Assembly: GCF_026210795.1 (NCBI RefSeq)
Contig: NC_089435.1
Location: forward strand, 2,976,001 to 3,040,000
Origin: Rhizophagus irregularis
Taxonomy: Eukaryota
Direction: 5' to 3'
Length of the DNA stretch: 64,000 nucleotides
The notes below the pieces were generated by a model. It saw only the letters and a program-made list of their open reading frames with translations. It ran no database searches and was not told where the DNA came from. A program made the position numbers and the translations under genes. This document shows positions 1-10,305 of this stretch, piece by piece (the first letter of the stretch is position 1; every line of letters starts with the position of its first letter).

Positions 1-1344
1 CAGTGATTATGATTGTGATATTACAGAATTCAATTTCAATTTTATTATAAGACCTTGTAATGAAAAAGCGAGGCCAGCAAAGTGGGAATCTTTTAAAGTT
101 TTTACATTTATAGAATTTGAAGACGAAATTTTAGAATTAGTACAAAACCAATTTGATACTTTTATAAAAAAAGATAATTATATCATCATTTATAAAAGTT
201 CAATACACGGAATGGGTATACAACTAATAGATAAAAGATGTTGGAAGAAATTTTTATTAGATTATCAAAAAATTTTATCTAGCAAAAAGGAATTATTTGT
301 TATTGTAGAAATAAAGGAAAAAAGAAATAAAAGATTGAAAAGGTAAAGTATATAACCTAATAATATAAATTATTGTTTAATATTTTTAATATTTTTATAT
401 TTTTATTTGGAATAGCGATGTAGATTTAGAAATTAGTCAACTATCCGATCAAAGAAAAGTATCAAAATCATCTAGTAATATTGTTCCTAAGGAGAGTAAT
501 ATTGATGAAGAGAGTTCAAAAAAAGCCGCTATTATAATGGAATTGACTAAAAAATGGTTTTGTCAAGAATATTCTCGAACTTGTTTTATTGATACAACAA
601 GACATATTCAATTAACTCCCCATCATCTTACTAGTTGGGCTAATGCAATTGTAAGTTTTAAAATTTTAATTTTTATGATTGCAATTAAATTAAACCATAT
701 AATTAAATCTAATTTATTTAAATAAATTTAAGGAAAGAGGATTTGCAAGCGTTGATGACCCTCCAGCTGTACCTTTATTCAATTCAACTAAAAAAAAAGA
801 AATACCATTAACACAATATAATCCTCAAATTTCTCAAAATTCTCAATTTTCTCCTTTTATTAATCCTTTATTATATCAACATTTGTTTAATCAATTTATG
901 CAAACAAATTCTTACTTTTTACCATCATCTAGTAGCGAAAATTCTCATTTTTTGTCTAATAGTAATCTGACACAAATGCAAAATTTTACAAATACAAAAA
1001 TTGCGCAAGAAAATTACGCAAATGGGAACACAAATACAAATATGAACACAAATTTTTTACACGAAGGTAATGCAGGGACAAATACAAATACAAATACAAA
1101 TATCATACAAGATAACTCTGTAAATACGCAATTACAAAAGATAACTATAGAACAATTTTTGGAGGATTTAGATAAAGAGTATGGTGCCAACACGTTTACA
1201 AAATATCTGGATGCTTTTAAAGAACAAGAGGTTGATGTATTAGATATTATCAATTTTAAAGATAATGACTGGATTACATTAGGAATTGAAAAAGTTGGAC
1301 CAAAAAGTAAGATCATTAGAGCGTTAGATAAATATAATAAATAG
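1..1344 (+). CDS. 5'-truncated spliced gene with a Cys/His 'WAxAI' module and a C-terminal SAM-like domain; probable transposon accessory gene
   Basis: Exons <1-342, 416-650 and 733-1344 join in frame across GT-AG introns. Motif WFCQEYSRTCF..HIQLTPHHLTSWANAI-ERGFASVDDPP. C-terminus IEQFLEDL..KYLDAFKEQEVDVLDIINFKDNDWITLGIEKVGPKSKIIRAL fits the SAM pattern. Confidence 0.7.
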
Positions 1345-1421
1345 TTATAATGTTAACATTGTAATCCATGTTGTAATACAATATAATTTTCAGAATAAAT
1401 TCTAATAAAGTTTTATTATAA

Positions 1422-2604
1422 TCAAAAATAAATTGAAGATTTATAAAAAGCTTTAGCCATATCAGGAGTAATTTGTCCACAAGCTAATAATAAAGCAAAA
1501 TAAGGATCTAAACAAAACTCTATATAATCCTTATTTTTTTTCAACCAACTTTTAATAACTGAAAATGCCAATTCAATTGGATTATAATCTGGCGAATAAG
1601 GAGGTAAAAAAACTACTTTACAACCAACACTTTCAATAATTCTAATTAATTCTGCATTATGATGAATTACTGCATTATCCATAACTAATACACTATTCTT
1701 TTGTGGATATGGATTCATTAACAGTAACTATAAAAAATTAGAGTTATAATTAATAAAATTAATAATCAAATTTACAATTTTCACGTTAAATTTCCTTAAT
1801 TAAAGAAATATACACTTACGACTTGTGATAAAATAAACGTACAAAATCTTTCTTTGTTACAACTGCCTACCATGATATCTACTGCTAAGATACCATCTAA
1901 AGAAAGTGCAGGTAGTATAGTGTATCTTGTTCCTCTTAAAAATACTACTTTTTGAATTGCAGAAGTATTTTTAGGTGAATAGCCATAACGTCTAGATAAA
2001 GTTCTTTCATCTTTTGAGCTTTCATCAAGAAAAATTAATTGTTTTGGATTATAATAAGTTCCTATTGTTAAAACATAATTGGCCCTTAACATCTCTGATC
2101 TTTCCTTCGCAGCTTTTTCTAACTTTAATAATTAAATATTATAAATAATTAATTTAAAAAATTTTAGAACCCATAAATTATTTATCAATATACCTTTTTT
2201 CTCGTAATACCACAATAGTCTAGAGACCGCCACAAAGTTGGAATAGATACAACTTTCGAAGTCCTTTTAGCCATTTCCGCAACCAGTTCATCCAAAAACC
2301 AATCTTTTCTTTCATTTATCAATTGCATCAAAATCTTATATAAAATGTTAGTTATTGTATTACATAACAAAAATGACAGACGAAAAATACTTACATCCAT
2401 ATCATTAGCATTAAACATCTTTTTCCTTCCTTGCTTTCTCCTAAAAGGATTTTTTATGCAGCTCCATAATTGATAGAAATGTAAGATTCTCTTAACTGTT
2501 GCTTCGCTAATATATAGTAATTGTGAAATTTCCTTTGGCTTATAGCTATCAAGCCATAAATAAACAACTCTCCATCTTAAATCTTCACTCAAGTGGTTGG
2601 TCAT
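1422..2604 (-). CDS. IS630/Tc1-family DD34E transposase, 4 exons, ~319 aa, apparently intact
   Basis: Exons 2604-2395, 2334-2194, 2122-1820 and 1727-1422 splice in frame (960 nt). N-terminal HTH, IFLDES, VMDNAVIHH...LPPYSPDYNPIE with 34 residues between D and E. Confidence 0.92.
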
Positions 2605-4910
2605 ATTTGAGAAAAAAAGTATTTGAATAATATTGAAAATTACAAGTGTGATCTCTAAAAAAAAAGTGTGATCAAACCGGGTTACAAGGTGTAATCGCGT
2701 AAATAAAGAGAGATAAAGGCATAAAAGTTTATATAAAGTATATACAAAAGTTATTTTACAGCACTTCTAGAGTCTACTTTTAACGTAAACAGAAAAAATT
2801 TTATATTTTAAAAATTGAAAATAGTTAAAATAGTTAACAGTCAGTAAAAAAATTAGTATGTATGTATGGAAATTTTTTATGCAGATCAATTTTTTTGAAA
2901 ACCCCAATAAATAACTCGGTTTCCTCCTTTACCCAGTGGAAGTTACCTGTAGGTAAGTATTGCAACATGGCCCATCAATATAGGTTATTTGCGTCTAAGT
3001 ATAGAATAGATGACTTGGGCTTATCTGTGATCCATTTACCTTCTCCTATATCTGGGTTATTTGCACGAGCATATCGTTTACTTACCATAGAGATTCCACC
3101 ACGTAATCCTTGTTCTACTATCATGTACATACCCTGGTCAGTTATAAGATCCAATCTTTGCCCTGTTATGAAGAATAGTGCATCCCATGCAAAGCCTGGT
3201 GTTGAGTAATACCAGAGAGGATCTAACCCATATTTTTTCAAGGCCATTTCTCGGAAATTCTGAAATATATCAGCTAGTAGGAGGACGTCAGTTTTGAGAT
3301 AAAAGTCATGATAATCTTGCATTGTTTTACATCCTGCTTTTTCCCATACATACTGTGCATATTCGTATTCTTTATCACTAATGTGGGTTTCATTAAGTTT
3401 GCTATAGAATGCTCCTTTAGATGGTAAACTAGTTTTCTCGAACTTTTTCCAGTCATCCATGTATTCATCATACAGGTAGACACCTTTCTTAAGATAAATC
3501 TCGAGTAATTCAGATGGTATTTGACTTCGTGTTATCTTAAAGTTTTTAGGATGTGCAAAGCATCTACCTGCATCAATTCGCCATAAGTGTTGTGGATTAC
3601 TACATTCTTGTGCTCTACATTTTTCTGCGCCTAGGTTGGATGCTAATTTGTCGAGACTTGATTTTATGAATTGTAAGCTGTCTATAAATCGAAGAGAACC
3701 TAACTTGAATGCCATATACTTTTCCATGTTATAAGGGATAGAATCAATATCATAATCACATTCCATTGCACCAATTCCTTGCATAATCATGTGTCCATCA
3801 TATCCTGATAAATTGTGAAAAATTACTGGGATATGCATTTCGCGAGGTTTTATGGATAAGTCAAGATTACATCCTCTATGTGCTGCACCTTAATACCTTC
3901 CTGTAATATGGCAGTGATCTCTTACTTTATTTCCATCTAAAAGGTTACAACATATCCAGCAGTTTATTGCATTATCATAACTTGCTTGCTCTTGGATTGT
4001 TAACAGCATCATTTCCATTGGATTTCTGAATTTGTTACGGATTGCTTCAGCCTCATTTAGCACTTCGATTACAAATTTTTGTGCTGCATTTTCTCCTGTA
4101 AATATTTTCTGTGATTCACTTACTCATATCTTACCTTAATATACAAGTATGAGCAGGGATTTGCTCTTGTACTTTCTTGGTTTTCTTATCTTTATCTGCA
4201 TCTGTGGGTGGTATGTCCATTACTAGGGCTTCAAAGTCTGCAACAAAGTAATATGGGACTTGCATGCGGCATTTCCAGTTCTTGAATTCATATATATCAT
4301 TTCCTTTCTTTACTGATGGCATGCGGTCTGCTTGTGGGGTTTTATTTAATCCTCGACATATTGCTACATATTTGTCATGGATTTCTTGTTGATGTGTGAA
4401 GTGGGAGATACACCATCGGCAGACAAATGTAGCATGTCCATCTTTATACGTTTATTTACTAAGCGACTCATATTCTTAATCCAGCAATAGTGCTGCTTTT
4501 CCCCGTTACTAATAAGTACTAAATCTATTATTTTACAGCCCTCTGCATCATCCCTATCGGTAACATATATTGGGCATAAGCGGTGATCACACCATTCACA
4601 GATGCAGAGGGCAATAGTTGGATTCTGTCACTCAAATCTTTTTAGAATTACCTCATCAGCTTGTACTGGGAACTCGATACTTTCAAAGTTTAACTCATTT
4701 ACATACTCCTTATACTTGGAAATTCTTTTTGCATTCTTTTCTACTGGATGTAATGCTGCTAGGATTGCCCGCTAGAAGCATTTGTCATCATCATTAGCTG
4801 GATTTACTACTCCCTTTTTCGTGGCAAGATCTTTTGGGAGTGGTATGTGTCCTGCTCCTGTAGGTGGTTGGAATTGCAAGATTTCTATGAATATTTTTTC
4901 TACACGATAG

Positions 4911-7558
4911 CACTAGTCAAAAAAGGACAATTTGACCTAAATTTGACCAGGTCGAATATAGGTTGAATGATGATCTAATCTGTGTCAAATTGAGGTCAAA
5001 TTTTTGGGCACATTTAGGGTGCCAATCGTCTCAAATTTGGACAAATTATTCGACCATTATTCAGGCTTAAATTGACCAATATTCAATATTAAAACTTTAA
5101 GCTGAATTATGTTCTAATAACAACCCATTTATTTATGAATTTATTTTGATTTTTTTTATCAAATTTATTAAATAAATGTATTTATTAATGCTTAAATACT
5201 TTATAATTATATTATTATTATTGCATCTATCTAATTTACAAAAAATATTGCTAATTCAAATACAATTCCACAATTACATGATTCATGTATTCGTATATAC
5301 GAATATTTGATTGTTCTTTAGCAATCCGCCTGAACCTATAAAAAAAAGAAAAGAACGGTTAGTAACCGTTCATAATATTAAAAAAAAATAAGAAAAAAAA
5401 CCAAGATTCGTACTTACTTACGAATCTTTGGTTTTTTCCGTTCTTCAGAAGACACCCGAGACACCTAGGACCTAAAAAGAAAAGAAAAGAACGGTTATTA
5501 GTAACCGTTCATAATAATACTAAAAAAAATAAAAAAAATAAACCAAGATTCGTACTCACGAATCTTGGTTCCACTTTTCTGAAGATAGGAAGCCAACTCG
5601 AAGCTTAAAAAAAAAGAAAGAACGGTTATTAGTAACCGTTCATTAATATTAAAAAAAAAATTAAAAAAATAAACCAAGATTCGTACTTACGAATCTTGGT
5701 TCCACTTTTCCCAAAGGTCAGAAGTCCACCCGATCCTAAAAAAAGAAAGAACGGTTATTAGTAACCGTTCGTAATATTAAAAAAAAAATTAAAAAAAAAA
5801 TAAACCAAGATTCGTACTTACGAATCTTGGTTCTTCTTTTCCCAAAGGTCAGAAGCCCACTCCACCCGATCCTAAAAAAAGAAAGAACGGTTATTAGTAA
5901 CCATTCATTAATATTAAAAAAAAAATTAAAAAAATTAAACCAAGATTCGTACTTACGAATCTTGGTTTTTCCACACAAAAGCCCACCTGAACCTATAAAA
6001 AAAAGAAAGGAACAGTTAGTAAACCGTTCCAAAATGATAAAAAAAAATAAAAAAATATATATATAGAAAGATTCGTACTTACGAATCTTTATCTTTGGAT
6101 TTTCATTCTTTAGAAGTCTATCTGAACCTATAAAAAATAATAAAGAATGGTTAGTAAACCATTCGTAATAATAAAAAATAAAAAAAATTAAAGATTTGTA
6201 CTTACGAATCTTTGGGTTTTCGTTCTTCAGAAGCCCACCTGAACTAACTATAAAAAAAAGAAAGAATGGTTAATAAACCATTCGTAATAATAAAAAATAA
6301 AAAAAATTAAAGATTTGTACTTACGAATCTTTGGGTTTTCATTCTTCGGAAGCCCACCTGAACTAGCTATAAAAAAAAGAAAAGAACAGTTAGTAAACCG
6401 TTCATATATTAAAAAAAAAAACAAAAAAAAGAACCAAGATTCGTACTTACTTACGAATCTTGGTTTTTTGGTTTTCCTTCTTCAGAAGTACCCACCCGAA
6501 ACCTAAAAAATAGAAAAGAATGGTTATTAGTAACCATTTGTAATATTTTTAAAAAAAAAGAAAAAAAAATAAACCAAGATTCGTACTTACTTACGAATCT
6601 TGGTTTTCCATTCGTCAGAAGTCCACCTGAACCTATAAAAAAAGAAAGGAACGGTTAGTAAACCGTTCCATAATAATAAAAAAGAAAAAAAAAATTTAAG
6701 ATTCGTAATATAATACTTACGAATCTTAAAAAAATACTCCTTTTTCCGTTCCCATTCACTTTCATTTTCCCCTTTTGTTTTACCCTTTCCTTTCATTTTC
6801 TCTTTCCCTTTCGTTTTTTCCTTTGTCTTACCCTTTTCCCTTCGTCTTACCTTTCCCTTCGTTTTACTCTTTCTCTTCGTTTTACTTTTTCCCTTCATTT
6901 TACCCTTTCCCCTTCATCTTACCCTTTCCCTTCGTTTTACTCTTTCCCCTTCATCTTACCCTTTTCCCTTCATTTTACCCTTTCCCTTCGTTTTCCTGAA
7001 ACCTATAAAAAAAACACGAACGGTTAGTAACCGTTCCATAATATTAAAAAAAAACTACTAAGATTCTACTTACAAATCTTAGTTTTTTTATTATCACGAA
7101 GCTCGTTTCGTCTGGCAATACCTGCAAGAAAAAGAAAAAAAGAAACGTTAAAACGTTTCTAAAGTAAAAAAATGACTTTCCCTTCCCATTTACCTTATTA
7201 TCCAAAGTCCAGTGCGTAGTTTCAACCGGCATTCCCATAGAATTACTACGAAAAGGGAAAGGGCCACATTTAAAATTTAAAAAAAATAAAATAAAATAAT
7301 TTTTTTTTGTTTTTTTCCGCACCTATAGGGCCAAAGGACGAGGAAAAGAAGGAATAAAAGTTTAAAAAAAAATGCATAAGATTCTTTTTTAAACTTTTGA
7401 TATGCGTAACACGTGATGTGGCTATTCGACCAGCATGGTTAGTTATTCGACCAATGTCTAATTGTAGATCATTGCTAATTAAAGTTGAATTTTTAATTTT
7501 AGTCGAATATAGGCCGAATTTTACTAAGACTGAGTGAATATTCCTTTTTCGACTAGTG
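4911..7558. mobile_element. Non-autonomous CACTA (CMC/EnSpm) element
   Basis: TIRs CACTAGTCAAAAAAGGA / TCCTTTTTCGACTAGTG; 3-bp TSD TAG (4908-4910, 7559-7561). Excision restores GSGWKFYRVEKIF in the polymerase. Confidence 0.95.
5335..7075 (-). repeat. Array of ~12 units (mostly 120-135 bp): hairpin-containing intron + short variable exon
   Basis: Minus-strand unit GTAAGTACGAATCTT...GAACGGTTACTAACCGTTC-polypyrimidine-AG. Palindromes AAGATTCGT/ACGAATCTT and GAACGGTT/AACCGTTC recur throughout the array. Confidence 0.85.
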
Positions 7559-7892
7559 TAGAATTTCCAACCTGATCCGTAATTTACATAGTCTTCTACT
7601 TTCTGCATGATTCTTGCTAATGCAGAGTTAAATGTACCATTAATATCTGTTGATGGTAGGATTGGCATATTGCGAGTTTTAAATGGTATATTATATCTGT
7701 AGATATACTCTACTCCATCATCTTCACTAAAGTTACAATCTCTGAATAATCTCTCAAGGTAAGAATCTAAACGTCTTATTGTGGCAAATATTCCAATTCT
7801 TACCTTTATTGATTCCAATCGATTTCATTCATCCTGAAGAATATTCTGGATTGTTTGACTGTGTGCTGTAAGAAATGAAGCATAGTCATGCT

Positions 7893-8105
7893 AGGATCCC
7901 GAAATATATATGTAGAGGTCAGGTCCAGAAGTGGTCCAAAATACGCATTCTTTCAGGGCCGGAATTACGATAATTTCAGCCATTATCTAAATTAGGAAAT
8001 ATTATTTTGGCTGGGATTATCCATAAAAGGAATGATCTACATGATTTTTTTGACTCATTATACGCAAACTCTGACCTGACCCTTTTATGTATATTTCGGG
8101 GTCCT
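7893..8105. mobile_element. 213-bp MITE, copy 1
   Basis: TIRs AGGA(T/C)CCCGAAATA / TATTTCGGGGTCCT; 8-bp TSD GTCATGCT (7885-7892, 8106-8113); near-identical to 24926-25138. Confidence 0.95.
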
Positions 8106-8547
8106 GTCATGCTCTCCAGGTGTTCCTATAGCAATATCGGCCATAAAATTTGAGTCTGTTAACTCCTTTCCTATACGTACCTGATCACAATGTTCAAAGA
8201 CTACCTCATAATGTGAATCTGGGTTGATTTGCATCATGGGGTTATCTCTTTATTAGTTGCCGCCATTTGTACTTCACGGATTTGGCAGATCTCATCCTCA
8301 TATTCCTGCAATTTTACATTTGAGCGTGGATATTGGATGGACTTGACAGATACCTGCTTAAGTTCAGCTAGAACTGATCGGATGACTTATCTGTGTTGGA
8401 CACTTCTTGCTTGATGTGTTGATATCTTGTAAACTTTTTAGGTTCCTCTTTTATTCAATTAGATTTTTTCTGAAATAAAAAATTAATTGTCCGCCTACCC
8501 TATGAAGGTAAAAAAAGAAGGAGACAGATTAGTACTGTCTTCCTAAA

Positions 8548-9111
8548 CTATTTATCACCATCTGAGTCATCATCATCCAAGTCACCGAACACATCCTTAT
8601 CAGGAGTATCCCCATCCTTAAATAACTCGAAGTTGCATATCATTCAGATGTATTCTCCCTTATTAGTTTCTTCTGATATAAAGCTACAATGGAGAATAGT
8701 AGCTTGTTCTATGACTACCATTTCTATGAACCTGGTATACTTTTCTTGAATAACTTTCTCTATTTTATCGGTAAGTTTATCAAGATTTATACCACCATCT
8801 GCACAATCTCACCAGTAAGCCCTTTCAGCTTTGTTACATATATTTGCCACCTGTTTATATGTCTCCTTGACTTGCATGTGCCACTTCCAGAGTATTCGTT
8901 CAGCTTCGGCTCTCCAGATTGGATTGATTTCTAGAAGATGTGGCCTGAAATTGTTACTTGGAATGTATTCCAGGATGTGGCCTACAAGTTCAGGGATTTT
9001 TAACGGGGTTTGCTTTCTGCATTGCTCAAGAAGTATTCTCCTATTGATAGTCATAAGATCGGAGACTGTACAACTGAAGATTGTTGCTAACTTTTTTGCG
9101 GTATATGCCAT
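8548..9111 (-). pseudogene. Intronless Polinton-borne ORF (~187 aa) with an F-box-like segment and two internal TGA stops
   Basis: TPLKIPELVGHILEYI..LLEINPIWRAEAERILW resembles an F-box. The frame continues through two TGA codons to an acidic tail and TAG at 8548. Confidence 0.5.
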
Positions 9112-9429
9112 GTTATGTACTGTTTATCTGTATAGTTACTTAGTACCTACCTTTTATTCAATTACATTTTTTTCGGTATAAGAGTAATTGCTTGCCTTGC
9201 TATTCCGCTCTATTGACTCCATGGCTGGTTTTCTGGATGGGTTAATATTTCCTTACCTTTTTTGGCTCTGTTGGTTTTAAAATCCTATTTCTTGTTCAGT
9301 TGGGGTAAGTAGATGAAAATATAAATAGGATGAATAAAAAGTAGATAAAATAGGTAATGTAAGGAAATAAGTAGATGAAATAGGTGGTATAAATAGGTAA
9401 AAATGGTGATATAAGTAGGTGAAAATATA

Positions 9430-9565
9430 AAAAGGTAACCAGGATTGGACCTACAGCCAGTAGGAGAGTAACGGAAATAGCAAGAAAAAGGTGACCAGGA
9501 TTGGACCCACAGCCGGTGGGGGAGCAACGGGGTGGTAGCAAGAAAAAGGTAACCAGGATTGGACT
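9430..9565. repeat. Three subterminal direct repeats near the Polinton end
   Basis: AAAAAGGT(A/G)ACCAGGATTGGAC occurs at ~9430, ~9486 and ~9543. Confidence 0.8.
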
Positions 9566-9604
9566 CTGAGGGAAGTGAGCCAGAACTGGAATTTCTATAC
9601 TACT

Positions 9605-9873
9605 CGCAGTATCGTAAAATACAAAATGCTGATTTTTGACATTTCGCTCAATATCTCAACATCTAGTGATCGTAGAAAGACAATCTAACCACCATTTGAC
9701 TCATCGTTATGAGATGATTCCAACAAGCTATGATGGTGCATCTTTCTACGATCATTAGATGCTGAGTTATTATATGAAACGTCAAACGGCACAGTATCGC
9801 AAAATACAAAATACCAATTTTTGACGTTTTGCTTAATATCTTGGCATTCAGTAATCGTAGAAAGACAATCTAA
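9605..9873. repeat. ~185-bp tandem repeat; the second unit is split by the 9874-15520 insertion and resumes at 15538-15625
   Basis: Unit C(G/A)CAGTATCG..AAATACAAAAT..GTAGAAAGACAATCTAACCACCATT..GATTCCAA..AGCTAT..GATGCTGAGTTATTA is present once whole and once split. Confidence 0.8.
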
Positions 9874-10305
9874 GGGTTGATCACCCTTTCTCAGTGGTAA
9901 GTGACTAAAACCCTCATTAAGCCTGAGTATAGTGAGGTCGCAGGTTCAATTCCACCGATCACAGAAATTAAACAAATTATACTGCGAATGCTACAACAAA
10001 TAGCGTGAAGGTACAGGGATTAGCGTAGTTAGACTGCATCATTATGAATTAGTGTGTACAGTTAGGCCGCACATTTCAACTAAAGGTCATGGTATCTTTC
10101 TAACGTTCCCTATGAGGCTATTGGCATGTGCGCAGTCCTGTCCTTGAGGTCACTACTATACCTTAGGGGGACTTCCTGTCTGGGTGGTCACTCTACGATA
10201 CCACTTGGGGTCAGTAATGGCTAAATGGTCGTCCTAGATGGTAAAGCTGAGGGTGCAATGTCTTAGTTGTAGTTTGACCTTCTGTTAGGTCTTAGACCAA
10301 CCAAG

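Larger units (their letters stand above)
2920..8420 (-). pseudogene. Protein-primed family B DNA polymerase (DNA_pol_B_2 type) with a recombination endonuclease VII-like Zn domain; stops, frameshifts and two insertions
   Basis: Motifs GSGWKF, IPLPKDLATKKGVVNPANDDDKCF, YFVADFEAL, CWIC..KVRDHCHITG..GAAHRGCN, IFHNLSGYDGH, RFIDSLQF, YLKTDVLLLADIF, GLRGGIS, YLDANNLY*WAMLQYLP. Removing 4911-7561 and 7893-8113 restores the frame. Start position approximate. Confidence 0.88.
2920..9604 (-). mobile_element. Decayed Polinton/Maverick-like element, one end only, interrupted by later insertions
   Basis: Intronless pPolB pseudogene, subterminal AAGGT(A/G)ACCAGGATTGGAC repeats, and a minus-strand terminus 5'-AGTAGT at 9604 exactly where an unrelated tandem repeat begins. 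Confidence 0.75.

Noticed and set aside
5736..7322. Lys- or Phe-rich ORFs in the ORF track (also 10604-10906, 27450-27806, 30931-31170, 37060-37344)
   Set aside because: They are translations of low-complexity or tandem-repeat DNA with no domain motifs.
9874..9965. Functional tRNA gene
   Set aside because: A and B boxes are present, but I cannot build a convincing acceptor stem or cloverleaf, and it heads a TSD-flanked insertion.
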